Positions 24,361-36,819 of a stretch of DNA of 64,000 nucleotides are shown one piece after another. The translations under genes and the position numbers were made by a program. Every line of letters starts with the position of its first letter. The first letter of the stretch is position 1. The stretch spans positions 128,464,001 to 128,528,000 of the forward strand of contig NC_135885.1 in NCBI RefSeq assembly GCF_964194155.1, in the 5' to 3' direction. The notes under the pieces are model-generated. The model saw nothing but the letters and a program-made list of their open reading frames with translations, was not told the origin of the DNA and did no database searches. The DNA comes from Cetorhinus maximus (lineage: Eukaryota).

Positions 24361-24809
24361 GACATCTCTTTTGGTATCTTACACCTCCCTAGCAACAACA
24401 ACAAAACAAGATGAATCAGGCATTCAACTCATTTCCTATTCGTTGAATCATAATGTATGCAGATTGACTGCAGCATTTACTTGGAAAACATCATTAGCTG
24501 CATTTGAAAATTATTAATTGATTGTGAAAAGCTCATGATGAGGATGTGTTAAGTTGAGTTGTAAATGCAAGATTTTTCTTTACAATAATAATTGATTCTG
24601 GGCACAAATGCAAACTTTTAACCTAATCAAGGGGTAGATAAACCAATGGTTTTCTAACTTCTTAGTATCAGGGCACCTTCTACATACCACTGAGGACAAC
24701 TCATCAAACTTACAGAACAGGTAGATCATTGGAGACCCAGCTCACAGGATGAAATCTCACCTAATGGGAGTGCAGGTCAGAGGGTCAGATACCAAGTCAA
24801 AGCTCCTGG

Positions 24810-25218
24810 TTGATGGCTCAATTGGGAGCACACTTGAGTCAGAAGGTTGTGGGTTAAAGTTCCACTCCAGGGACTTCAACACAACAATCTAGGCTTGACA
24901 CTTCCAGTAGAATATTGAAGAAGCACTGCTCCATAAGAGGTGGGATCTTTTGAATGAAATGTTAAAGTGAGGCCCCAGCCTGCTCTCTCAGGTGAATTTT
25001 AAAGATCCTACAACACTATTTTGAAGAAGAGCAGAGGAGTTACTCCTGGTGTAGTCATTATTGTAATGTAGGAAACATGACAGCCAATCAACATGAAGCA
25101 AGCTTCCTCAATCGACAAAATTTCCACATTACAACAATGGCTACACCTCATTGGCTGAAAAGCACTTTGGACAGCCCTGAGGTTGTTAAAGGCACTGTAT
25201 AAATGTAAGTCTTTGTTT
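24810..25218 (+). mobile_element. Deu-domain SINE with an internal inversion
   Basis: Head GGCTCAATTGG...GGGTTAAAGTTCCACTCCAG, core GAAGAAGAGCAGAGGAG and tail GGCACTGTATAAATGTAAGTCTTT. Confidence 0.8.
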
Positions 25219-26509
25219 CAGCCCTGATTTTCTGATCATTAACTTTAATGGCTGGACTGTTACGACCAACAGAATTTATATACTGCTATTTATGTCTGAC
25301 ACACCAATCTACACTCTTGTTGAGCTGAATGTATACAAATCCATCCTCACATCAGCTACCTGAGGGAAAATTGCACACTCATTTCAGAAAACATTCTTTT
25401 TAGAATATAGTAACAGAAGTAATGCACTAATCAATCAACAAAAAAGAGATCTCCCAAACATCCCATGATGAGGAGACAGACATCTGATTACCTGAAGCAT
25501 CCTCTGCAGTCCTTTCATAGATTCATTGGGGCGACAAGACCCTAGTTTTAAAACCTACCACATGAATTACAAGAACCAAGCTTGAGCAAGTTATAATTCC
25601 ATGATTTAATTGCTACCTCAAAATTACTTTACAGCTATTTTCAACAAGAATGATACATGAGTCTTGTTTGACTATGGTCTATGATGCCAGCAACAAGTGC
25701 CATGAGATGCAGACCCCTTGTCTATCTCATGGATGATAATGCTCATGATGCAGCAGTAACTAATTAAAGTGGTTGGTATCATGAATGGGAATGTGTGTTG
25801 GGAGTTTGACCAGTCTATCTGTTCGATAGACCTTCATTCCAGAAAATTGTACAGGATGCTCTGACCTCTCTGAATTCCTGATATTGCCCACCTATCACAC
25901 AAAACTCAGTGTTGGGAGTGCTATTTTTCAAAAAGTCTATTCCCCCATATTATCATAACCATCGATTATTACATATCTAAACAGTGAATAATACATATTT
26001 TAAAACATTCACCAGCCTTTCTTAATTAAAGTGGCACAAAGCAAGTCCTTCATTGAAACAGAACACCATTTGATGTGTGAGATGTGTTATACTCTTTTGA
26101 GTTACACCTATAAGCTAAGAACAATTAATCATGTAAACTGATTTAATTAAACTGATGGCCCCTAAGGGGCACTGCAACAAAGGAAAAAAATTAAAGGAAA
26201 CTTTCCAAATTAAATCAAAATATCGCTTTGGAAGCAGATGATGCACTCCAGCCCCTGTGGTGCCCATCGGTCGTGGAAGGCCTGAAAAATGCCAGCGGAC
26301 ATCACCCAGGTGTGTTATACCGGTGCCAGTTTTAAAAAAATTAGGGTAAAATTGATCTTTAATAAGTGCAAAAAGTGAATGGAAATAAAAGTTGGGTGGA
26401 TGTAAAACAGACTGGCAAAGCACTGTCACTGAAGAACATTTCACTTCCTACATATCTTTCCAATATAACAAGATGAAACAAATTGCTTTTACATAGCATC
26501 TTTAATAAT

Positions 26510-27028
26510 AACATAAGAAATAGGAGCAGGAGTAGACCATACTGCCCCTCGAGCCTGCTCTGTCATTCAATACAATCATGGCTTCTCCCTCAACTCCATT
26601 TGACTGCCAGCCCCCATATCCCTAGATTCCCTGACAGACCAAAAAATGTCTTTCTCAAAATAAAGAAGCATATCGATGGAGGATGCACAACCTTCTGGGT
26701 TAAAGAATTCCAAAGATTCACAGCCCTTTGAATGAAAAAATTTCTCCTCCTCTCAATCTTAAATGATTGATCCCTTAACCTGAGACTGTGCTCCCGTATT
26801 CTAGATTCCACATCTAGGGGAGGCAACCATTCAGCGTCTACCCTACCAAGTCCCTTCAGAGTCCTATATGCTTCGGTGAGATCACCTCTCATTCTTTTTT
26901 AAGTCCAGAGAGTATAGGCCCAATTCATTCAGCCTCTCATTGTAGACCGACACTCTCATCCCAGGAACCAATCTAGTGAACCTTTGCTGTACCACCTCCA
27001 ATATAAATATACCTTTCCTTAAATGTGG
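26510..27028 (-). mobile_element. CR1 LINE 3' fragment
   Basis: MRGDLTEAYRTLKGLGRVD...NFFIQRAVNLWNSL plus the CR1 tail. Confidence 0.9.
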
Positions 27029-27029
27029 T

Positions 27030-27235
27030 AATGTAGTAAAACACCCCATGACACTTCATAGGAGTGTTGTCAAACAATATCTGACACTGAGCCAGTTAAG
27101 GAGGTAAGAGGACACATGATCAAAAGCCTGGTCAAACAGTTTGACTTTAAAGAGAATCTTAAGGAAAAAAGAGAGAGAGGGGAGAGAAAGGCTGAGAAAT
27201 TTAGGGATGGAATTTCAGAACTTATGGCTCTTTTC
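27030..27235 (-). mobile_element. L2-type LINE 3' tail, degraded
   Basis: Minus strand AATTCCATCCCTAAA...CTTAAGATTCTCTTTAAAGTCAAACTGTTTGACCAGGCTTTTG, resembling the L2 WNSLP...FK..LK..LFDQAF end. Confidence 0.6.
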
Positions 27236-28928
27236 TCTTAGACAGAAGTCACACTGTGTCAAGCTGACGTCATACCAGAAGGATGAGAGATATGAAAAGG
27301 CTAAAGAACAAAAAGTAAGATATCGTTGGGTTGAAAATGACTTGTGAAATATGAGTAACAAACCCACATATGCAATTGTGTGAAATCTTTTCTATCCCCC
27401 ATTTTAACACAAGCTTTCTCTGGTTATAATGTCTGTTAAACAAGAGGACTGAGGGATTTCATTTAAATGCCTTGGGGTGATCCCTGTCAATTTGAGAGAG
27501 TAAATTTTAATCCACACACATCAATGTGATTGCTTTGTTTGGACCAACTCCTGGCAAGATTAATTATTTCAGAGTAGTAGGGAAACAGGCAGAAGCATCT
27601 TTTTTCAGATCATTGGAGTGATCTGACCTTGGTAACCTTGTGCTGCTCTGTTCAGGGTAGTTCTTTCGAAGAATTGGACATGTGAAAAACTGACAATTTA
27701 TTTTCTTTGCAATAAAACAATGGCAGTCTGCAAGATATATTAACAACAAAATAAGCCTGACTGGAACTTTTCGCCCCCAGTGGCATGGTGGGCGGGGTGG
27801 GGAGAAAATGGCGAGAAGGCCAAAAATCAGTTTTACGCCATTGTGAAACCAGTTTGCAATCGTCCGCTCTGCCCATCAAAGGCCTTTCTCACCGTCCAAT
27901 GTCAGGAACGTAATTTCAATGCATTTGCATCTCATCATTTTGCTTGCCCACCAGAATCATCCCCCCACAGTGGATAATCCGGACACTCGGCGTGACTGCA
28001 CGCTGACGTGTTTCCCAACAGCATTTAAAAGGATGCACCTGGCAAGCTGAACTTCGAGGGAAACTCGAGGTGAGTGCACACTAACGTTACACAGTGCTTG
28101 CGAGTGTAGCCTGTTCGACTACAAGGAAGAGGTGCCGTGCATTCAGGCGAGGGTGCAGGCAAGTTGCTTTTTCCCAGCTGGCTGACAAAGCGATGCAGGG
28201 GCAAGGGCTGCACTGCGGTTGGGGTGTGGTGGGAAGGGCAAGGCAGCATGGTCTGATGGCAGTGCACAAGCACATGCCGGGGGAGGGATGGAGGGAAACA
28301 GACACGCATTAGGGAAACTGTGTGACCATAAAGTGACCATTCTTCCACAGCCGAGGCATTTCAGGCCCTGCTACATGCTAGGAGTCGGGCCTCTAGCTTA
28401 TCTGCCCACTGAAGCAACGCAGAGGCATGAAAGTGCTGCCAAGTGCTCCTGAACATCTCACCCACCGGGCACAGACTGAAAATTAATGAGCGTTTTAGGG
28501 GGCTGCAGAACAATCGGACGACTGGGCACATTGTACAATCTCCTTGCTAAAGCCGGCCATGCAGCAGTCGCTGCTGGAGGTGGTCACAGCCCCTTGCAAT
28601 GTTATCATTTAGGTTTGGACCAGCCTCCCCCATGGTTCAAGCTAACAGCTTGCAGTGCAGGTTAGGAGAATGTCTGCACCTGAGCTGAGAGCACAGCACG
28701 CAGTCCAGTGGGCAAAGCTGCCACCAATTGGCCAGGTGGAATGGGATGGAGGAGGGTGGGTTTTCGAGCAGCCATGCAACGCACTAAACTCTGGCCATTC
28801 AAGAGGTGGCCAGCACTCTCCAGGATGCGTTAAGGGGCCTTCAGACATAACCAAGAGAGGTTCTTAGTACACCCAAGCTAACCCATGCATCTCTATCTTT
28901 CTTCCTGCGGGACGAGTACATCAGGAAC

Positions 28929-30151
28929 ATGGAGCCTGGTGACCTGGCTGTATGCCTTGTGGTATAAAGAGAGAGAAGACAAAGGAGAAGAGAGTGACAA
29001 AGGCACCTGGCTGGTCAAAGGAAGGAGCCGCACCCTCGTGAAGAAGGGGCGGCTAGAGCTCCTGCACATGCCACTGAAGAGCCACAGTGAGCCATCACAG
29101 GTCGTCGCCTAGATAGACCCAGGGTCTACAGATGGAGCTTGTCATTCCTGCAGATGACTGAGAATCAGTGTTGCCGAAGACTGCACATTCCCAGGGAATT
29201 GGTTGGTCACATATGCCACGTGCTGCAGGATTTGGCACCACAGGGACGTGGAAGACATCAGCTGCCAGTAGTTGTGAAAGTGCTCAAAATTTTCATGCCA
29301 GTAGCTCCCCTTCCAGGGCTCCACAGGTGACCTGTGCAGGATCTGGCAAGCTCCCATGTGCAAGTGTATCCAAGAGGTCACAAATGCCATATTCATGAAG
29401 GCACACAGCTTTATGCATTTCACCTGGGATCAGGCAAGCTAGGAAGCAAGAGCGGAGGGATTTGCACAGGTTTCTGATTTTCCTGGGTGCCATTGACCGG
29501 AATCTCAGGGTGCTTAGATCTCTGTGGTAGCAAGTAGTCAACAACGTCAACCGCAAGGGCTTCCACTCGCTGAGTACTCAGCTGGTCTGCATCCTGCAGG
29601 TCTGTGCATGATTTCCTGAGAGCTTCCACAACTCCTATACTCTCAGTAGGTCTCAGATCCCTGACATCTTCCAGGGTCCACAGAGGCTGCAGGGTTGGCT
29701 ACTCGGGGACAAGGACTACCTTCAGAGGACATGGCTGATGACACCCATGCGGCTGCCTCAGACTGCAGCAGAGAGAAGATACAACAAGGCTCATGCTGCA
29801 ACTTGCACTTTGATGGAGGAAATTAATGGGATATTGAAGATGAGGTTCCAGTGCCTGGGCTGGTCTAATGGAGCACTGTAATACAGTCCACAGGGGGTGT
29901 CACACATCATTGTTGCCTTCTGCAGTCTTCACAGCCTGGTGCTGCAACAGGGGGAGATGGTGCCTGAGGTGGACATGGAGAAGCTGCACGCCTCTTCCAA
30001 TGAGGAGGACATCATTGGGGATGAGGGAGAGGAGGTCCTCGAAGCCGAGGATGACGGTCATGAGGCCGTCGCATTGTCCAGACAAGGCAGGTGCGCTCAG
30101 GAGGCACTCATAGCCGTTAGATTCATGGAGGATGATGACAACATGCAGTGA
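28929..30151 (+). pseudogene. Harbinger transposase, disrupted
   Basis: SFLQMTENQCCRRL, NRKGFHSL, WLLGDKDY, LKMRF, acidic C-terminus ALIAVRFMEDDDNMQ*; several frameshifts. Confidence 0.9.
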
Positions 30152-33019
30152 GAAGACTCCATAGATCCTCACATTGCATCTGTGAACATTTGACTCCTGT
30201 ATGGCTGATGGCAGCGCACATACCCTCTGTGATAAGGCTCCTGACATAGCAACACAGCGGATGCCCATAGTCCCTATATTGAGGAGGATGATGATGACAT
30301 GCAGTGGGGATGCTCCATAGATTCTCACATAGCTTATGTGAATGTTTGACTCCTGTCTGGCTGATGGCAGCTCAATTGCACCCTGTGAACAGGGTCATAT
30401 CATGGAGATGCAGTGGGGCAACTTTAACTTCTCCTGATCCTATGGCATCCTTCATGAGCTGACTCCTTCAGGACCACACTGTCACCGCACACACAGGCTG
30501 ATGAGATGCGGGGCCAGCTGCACCTCAAAGGTGCTGAAAACACACAGAGAGATCGACAGAACTCTGTGCTGTTGGCCCAGGACATTCTGGCAGCAATGAT
30601 AAGTCCCATCGAGGTGCAGACATTACTGATGTGCCCAGTGGCTGTGAAGGCACACCATCAGTGCACTGGGAAGGCTGCACAGGGGTGAGGCCCTGGACTG
30701 AGACACCTCCTTTATCTTGTGCAGGAACCAAGTTTTCCCTTCAAAATGACACGAACACCGCTCAGCATAACAAGGAGCCATAGACAGGATGACATCGTTG
30801 GGAGTTTATTTACAATTGTCAACATTATGTACAAGTGATTAACGCCCATGCCCAAGTGGCAAAACTATATTTCCTTAATCTTCCTAACCCTGCTGCTACA
30901 ACTTGGTGCTCCCCCTACATCCACAGTGGAGGTGGAGGCAGCCTGCTGACTGCTACACCCTGTCTGTGATGACCTCAACAGGCGTCCTCCAAGACCTGGA
31001 GATCCCCAGCCTGCTTTCAGGGTCCTGCTGTGTGGCAGTGGGACCCTCCGTGGCCTGTGGAGCTGGAGCTGCAGGGGTCACACGAAAAGGGGATTCGGAT
31101 GGGCCGGACACTCCCAGAGTCACCTGGGTGGATGGCCCATGGGCTTGTGCCTGCTGATCCTGCTCCCTTTGGGTGCACAAGGGCCCCAGGCTGACTCCTT
31201 GGGGGGAAGGGGAAGCTGGAGTGAGATCGAGCTACCCCACACCCCTTTAAAATTGACACTGTTAGAGGCCAACTAAGGCATCAGCGATGGAGTTCCGATG
31301 TTCTGGATCAAGGTCTCCATGGTGGCCACTATTCTACCAGTGTTGACCTTGGTGCATTGGCATGCTGGTGTTATCACCTTAGACTGAAGGCTGGTGGACT
31401 CCCCATCGTGCCTTGTAATCTGAGGCGTGCAGCGGACATCCCTTCCTGATGTTCCCGAGCTTGCCTTTGCAGCTCCAGCAGCTGAGGTATGACTGAGTTC
31501 AGAGGCTCCTCATCTGACTTGGGCTCATCAGATTTCTGGCCTCCAGCAGTCTTCTGGATGCTGGAAACCTGGGAGGCCTCTGTCACCATCTGCTGTGCAT
31601 CAGACAGTATGATGTGCTCACCAGATTGTGACCACGAGGCTACTCTAGAGCTAGGCCCCACCAATGTTTGTGTCTCTGCGCTGATGGAGGGTGTGGATGA
31701 GCCTCTGATGGATCTTCAGTTAGGGTGTCATCAGATCAGCAGATGTGTCTTCCGAGGTATCTTTGGGGCTTGAGTTGAGGATCGGACTTGTGGACCCCCT
31801 CGGCTGCTTCCCAGATGTTCCTGAGAATGCAAGGAGAAATAATTAGTGTATGGCAGGGGACTGCAGAACAGGGGAACTGATTCACAGTATGGTTGTCTGA
31901 TGGATGTTGCAGTGTTGGATCCTCACTTGGTTGAGCACTGCCGACTTCACCGTCGGCACAGAAATGGTCCAGATCGTCGCCGGCCAGCTGGATGACTCTA
32001 TGTTCAAATCTGTGAGGGCCTTGATGTGAGGCATTCCTCCACCAGTCTGCTACCTCTCCATTTTGTTGTGTGCTAGCTTGTCCAGCATTAAGTCTGATGG
32101 AGAGAGTATGATGCCTGCCAGGCCAGATGAGAAGGTTGCCTGGCATGTGCGTGTGGTGAGTGGTGTCATGGACAGGATGAAGACATGATCTGTAGGGCAG
32201 ATGAAGGTGTGTGTGAGAGAGTGAATGGTAATGGCCCTTGAATTGGCAGAGTGAGTGAGTGTAAGAATGGATTTTTAAAAATATCTTTGGGGAATATTAT
32301 GTTATTCTGTGAAGAATGCTCTCTGTGTGTGTGTGTGTAAATGATTTAATTAAGCTGGGGAAACGTTAGTAGAGACAAGTTGTCTGGGAGGTTAAGACAT
32401 GAAAGGATAAAGGCGTTAGGTGTGCATTTGTAATGAGATATTATGGTGAGTTTGAGGTACAAGTAAATAGGTTGTATCTAACATTTACATTTTTAGATAA
32501 GTTGAGAGTTCATTTTAATATCAAAGGGAAGTCAGAGTTGCCAAGAAACATTTTTGCATCTTACAGGGGCTCCATGTGTAAATAGAAGAGGGTATATTAC
32601 ATTTTATTGACCCAAAAGCAGAGACAAAATAGAAATATGAAATATTTTATATTTGGAAGGATTTGAGTTTGAAAGAGGTGTGAGAACAATAGAACCTGAG
32701 ATGAAAGGGTGGGGAAAGGTATTTTAGAGTTACTGTGGGGAGCTTAGTGGACTGTTGGTTGGCTGTTGGCTATTGGCTATATGAGGAAGATCTCCTGGAA
32801 ACAACTCTAGGCTGGGAGAAGATGCATTTTGAATCATCCATCCAGTCCAGCCAGGAAAGTCTTGTGCTGAGAAAAGCAGTCTTGTTCAGAAGTCTTGGAT
32901 TTCAACAGCAGAGTGGATGAGAATTTAAGAGGTCGTGTGGCGTGCTTTTAGTAAATCTGCAGCAGTTTGCCTTGGGTAATATTATGGGATTTTTATAGTT
33001 AAACATCTATAAGAAGTGA

Positions 33020-33570
33020 TAAAGGCAAAATATTGTGGATGTTGGAAATCTGAAACAAAAACTAAAAATGCTGGAAAAACTCAGCAGGTCTGACAGCATC
33101 TGTGAAGAGAAAGACAGAGTTAACGTTTCAAATCCATATGACTCTTCTTCATGGCTAAAGGGAAGTAGAAATGTGGTGAAATATACACTGTATAAAGCGA
33201 GTAGAACAGGTGAAGCTGGATAGAAGGCTAGCGATAGGTGGAGGCAAAGGAGAGATTGCGAAAGATGTCATAACCAAAAGGTCAATGGGTTGTTAATAGT
33301 GGTGTTACTGGCTAAAGGAGGTGCTGACGGTGACATTAAGAGTGGAAAGCAGAATGTGATAATGGCAGGACCAGGGTAAGCATTCTGGAAAGTGACAGAT
33401 GGCCCTAGTGGGGGTGGGGTCGGGGGAGGAGACGGTGGTGGGAAAAATGATCGAAAAAGCTAAAAGCTGGGGATAAAACAATGAATAGAAATGGAAATAA
33501 AATTTAAAAATAATAAAAATGAAAATAAGTGGGAAAAATAATTTTTAAAATAGAAATAATTTTTCTTTCA
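33020..33570 (-). mobile_element. Penelope-like 3' region
   Basis: Collinear with 37445-37960; degenerate hammerhead at 33118-33156. Confidence 0.85.
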
Positions 33571-33575
33571 TATAT

Positions 33576-33785
33576 AAGAACATAAGAGCTAGGAGCAGGA
33601 GTAGGCAATTCAGCCCCTCAAGCCTGCCCCGCCATTCAATATGATCATGGCTGATCTCATTTCGGGCTCAACTCCAATTTCCCGCCCTCTCCCCATAACC
33701 TTTCAACCCGTTACTAATAAAAATCTGTCTATCTCCTCCTTAAATTTATTCAGCGTCCCGGCATCCACTGCACTCTGAGGTAGTG
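33576..33785 (-). mobile_element. CR1 3' tail fragment
   Basis: AAGAACATAAGAGCTAGGAGCAGGAGTAGGC..., the same tail as the other CR1 copies. Confidence 0.88.
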
Positions 33786-34818
33786 GGAGTGTTGACTGGA
33801 AGGTATTTAATCCTGGGTATGACCAAGTAGGGAGCCTTTTGGGGGAATGTTTTGTAAGACTAATTTAACTGTATAACTGTAATCTTTTGTGCTTAAGTTT
33901 TCTTCTCTGCTTGTTAAAACTTTTACCTTTAGTTTTTAAAATCCCAGAGTGTTATGGGGCTTCTGGCTGCTGAGATTAGTGCATTTTCTTCTTGTTTTCA
34001 GAATGCAAAAAAAAGGGTATGGTCCATAAGCCAATTTTCCCTCTGGGATTTGGTTTGCTCAGCAATTAACATCTGCTGTGGTCACAACAGCGAGATCCCT
34101 GTGGATGTGTGATGGGCTTCTGAGTGTGTGAGGTGAGAATGATGAGAAGAGTGACCTACCCTGGTGGAATGGAGGAGACCATACATCCTCTTTCAGCACT
34201 GGATGGCTGTCCTCTTTTGCAGGGCTTTGATGCTGATCACCACTGTCACGGCCTCCCATGCTGGTTGGTGACCTTGCTTACTGATCTTTGCCCACAGTGG
34301 GGGTAGAGGGCTTCGCAGAAAGCCTCCACTGTATCCAATGGACGTTCAAGGGAGGCGTCGCTAAATTTGGGGGCGGCGTGTTTCCTCCCTTTAGCAGCCA
34401 TCAGTTCCCAGCAGCTTCCTATCCCTTGAAGAGTGCTAGCTCTTGTTTTTGCATCCTATGGTTTGTGAACTTCTGTGTCAGCCTTGTGTCTATATCCCTC
34501 TACTGGGGGTATGGCTGAAGGAATGACTGGCAATGGTGAGCTGAATGGAGTATAAAAGGCTCATTGTCTCTATCTGTGAATAGAGCTGAGATAACTAAAT
34601 GAGGAACAACAGTGTACTTTGCTGGTAATGCTGTAGTTTCATTCTGTTTGGTTGCAGCACCTGCACTAAGTTACAAATGGCTGAATCTTCCAAGGAATGA
34701 TAATCATTGTCGGATTGCCATTCTGATCTTTTATATTCACCTTACACTGGAGATTAACATTTGCTGCATGGACCTTCAAACTGGGACCGCTATGAAATTG
34801 TCGGGAGTGTTTTTTTTT

Positions 34819-35205
34819 TGGGGGGGTGGATAGTTTGGATGTAGTTGGGGATTGCAGGTAGTCGGGGATGGGGTGTTGGGAAGGTAGTCAGGGCGTGGGA
34901 GGTTGAAGGGGTTGGATGGAGGGTAGGAGGGCTGGACAGGGAGTCGGGAGGATAGTCAGGGGTGGGTGGGGTTGTCGGAGAGTGAGGGGATGAATAGGTA
35001 GTCGGGGTGGGTGGATGGGGGCAGTCAGATGGTGGAAGTGTGGGTGAGTAGTCAGGTTTCAGGAGGCTAGTCGGTGGGGGTGGGAGGTTATTCTGGAGGG
35101 TTAGGGGTAGTCAGCAGGTGGATGTAGTCAAGGGGTGTGGAGGGGGGTACTAGGGTTGTCAGGAGGGGATAGTTGGGTGGTCCAGTGGGGAGTCGGGGGG
35201 TGGTC
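34819..35205 (+). repeat. G-rich degenerate tandem repeat (unit resembling GGGTAGTCGGG)
   Basis: Recurrent TAGTC/TAGTT cores separated by G runs; strongly strand-skewed. Confidence 0.8.
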
Positions 35206-36088
35206 AGTACTTTAATTGTCCAGGAGCTAGGCCTAGTTTTAATCCTTCTAACATTTCCTGGGTAACTATTCTATGAAGTAATTTGGAACCATCCAAAGTC
35301 TCCGACTTTAAATCAAAGTTTCAGAGAGTCCCAGACCCAGGGTGATTGCCCAAAAGTAGTTGAAACTTCCCGGACAATTCCCATGTAGATAATGCACGGG
35401 GACTTCCGAGTGATCCCCCAGCACATCTTCCAAGGGATACGTCCCGGGACTACAACCATCCGGAGAACGGAGGACCTGGGTCCATGTTTCTTTGATGACG
35501 TTGACGTGATAGGCAATTGGCCACAGCTCTGCTTTGCTGCATGTACTGATGGAGGACACTTTTCAGGAGATCCGCTAATCCCAGTGAGCACACAGCACTG
35601 CATATTAACTAAACCCTCTCACATGGCTGTCCATAACCATTGTGTAAGTGAGCTGAAACAGGCCTGGACTCTGTCCCTCTGAATCTGCACACCATAACAT
35701 CAAAAGCCACACTGCAAGTTCTTGTAAGCGATGTTGCTAAAATTATATCCTTGGAAAGCATCATTGAGATTACCATAGCATTTGCCAGATGGTATTGCTT
35801 CTCGCACTAATTTAGGTTTCAGTGCAGGAAATCTTTTTTTACAATCTCTTCAAATTACCTTAATGTGTGTACAGTTACGTTGTTGCTTGATACTGGTCCA
35901 TGTGTTGTTCCAGTTCAAACTCAGGAGGAAGTTCTTGAGCCTGCGAATGGTTAGATGTGGAGCTTGATGCTATAGGGAGTAGCTGAGACAAGTAGCAGAG
36001 ACACATTTATGGAGAAGCTAGATCAGTTCACGAGGGAGAAAGGAGTAAAATAATATGCCCATAAGCTTTGGTGAATTTTGGGCACCTT

Positions 36089-36560
36089 CTGGCAAGACAG
36101 AATGCCAAATATGGAAGTACACCAGTGGGCAGGGATCTCCAGCATGTTTGCTCTCTTGACTCAGTGGTGACTCCATTGGCTGTGTCATGGGAGTCGAATG
36201 GATGACGGTTGCAACCCCAATGACATGCTCTATGGTGAGCTGGCTGTCGGCACGAGATCAACAGGTCACCCATGTCTGCGATACAGGGACTTCTGCAAGC
36301 GAGGCCTCAGGTTTATCAGGATCAGAGTCAATGCATGGGAAGTTCTTGCTGCTGTCTGGAATGCTTGGAGATAAAAAAGTCAGGAAGAGCATGCAAAAAA
36401 CAGAAGCCAGAAGAAACGACCAGATGGCATAAAAGTGAGCCGACTGGAAATAAAAAAAAACATCAGTCGATCTAGGGCCTATGCTATTCATCTGTGCCAG
36501 CTGCAGAAGGGGTTGTCACTCACGAATCGACCTCTACAGCCACAACAGACGATGTCTGCA
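36089..36560 (+). mobile_element. RTE-clade (BovB-like) LINE 3' fragment
   Basis: WQDRMPNMEV...LHWLCHGSRMDDG...MLYGEL...RYRDFCKR and terminal zinc finger FICASCRRGCHSRIDLYSHNRRC. Confidence 0.85.
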
Positions 36561-36679
36561 TCTGAGTTTCTATTTATTGAAATTGTGTGTGGTGATATTG
36601 GGTGCTCTGCTCCCCCTCAATCTGTACGCTGGACATGACCTGATTCTCATTGTTCTAGGGAGAAAGCAGGTGGCACAAT

Positions 36680-36819
36680 GGACGGGATTTTCTGTACCCG
36701 CCTGCTGCCGGGATCTTCCGGTCCTGCCACAAGTTAATGGACTCCTGGCTGGGGCACCGCCTTTCCCGGGGGTGGGGGGGGTGCGTTCCAGCCCATGACG
36801 GGGCTGGAAAATCCCGGCC
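36680..36819. mobile_element. 140-bp Harbinger-type MITE
   Basis: TIRs GGACGGGATTTTC / GAAAATCCCGGCC; TSD AAT on both sides. Confidence 0.88.

Larger units (their letters stand above)
32260..34089. mobile_element. Solo LTR with nested Penelope and CR1 fragments
   Basis: TGTAAG...CACAACA termini with flanks GTGAG / GCGAG (5-bp TSD, one CpG change). The empty site is visible in the sister copy near 57840-57875. Confidence 0.8.
30865..34401 (-). pseudogene. Harbinger Myb/SANT gene, three exons (about 34160-34401, 31927-32082, 30865-31820)
   Basis: Exon 1 MAAKGRKHAAPKFSDASLE...AWEAV...KRTAIQC*KRM then GTAGGT. Exon 2 contains HRVIQLAGDDLD. Exon 3 has coiled-coil-like PQLLELQRQAREHQEGM. Intron 1 holds a solo LTR. 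Confidence 0.82.
27759..34440 (+). mobile_element. PIF/Harbinger transposon, family A copy 2 (right end lost)
   Basis: Left subterminal region matches the reverse complement of 50990-51122. Contains the transposase (+) and a three-exon Myb gene (-). Confidence 0.9.
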
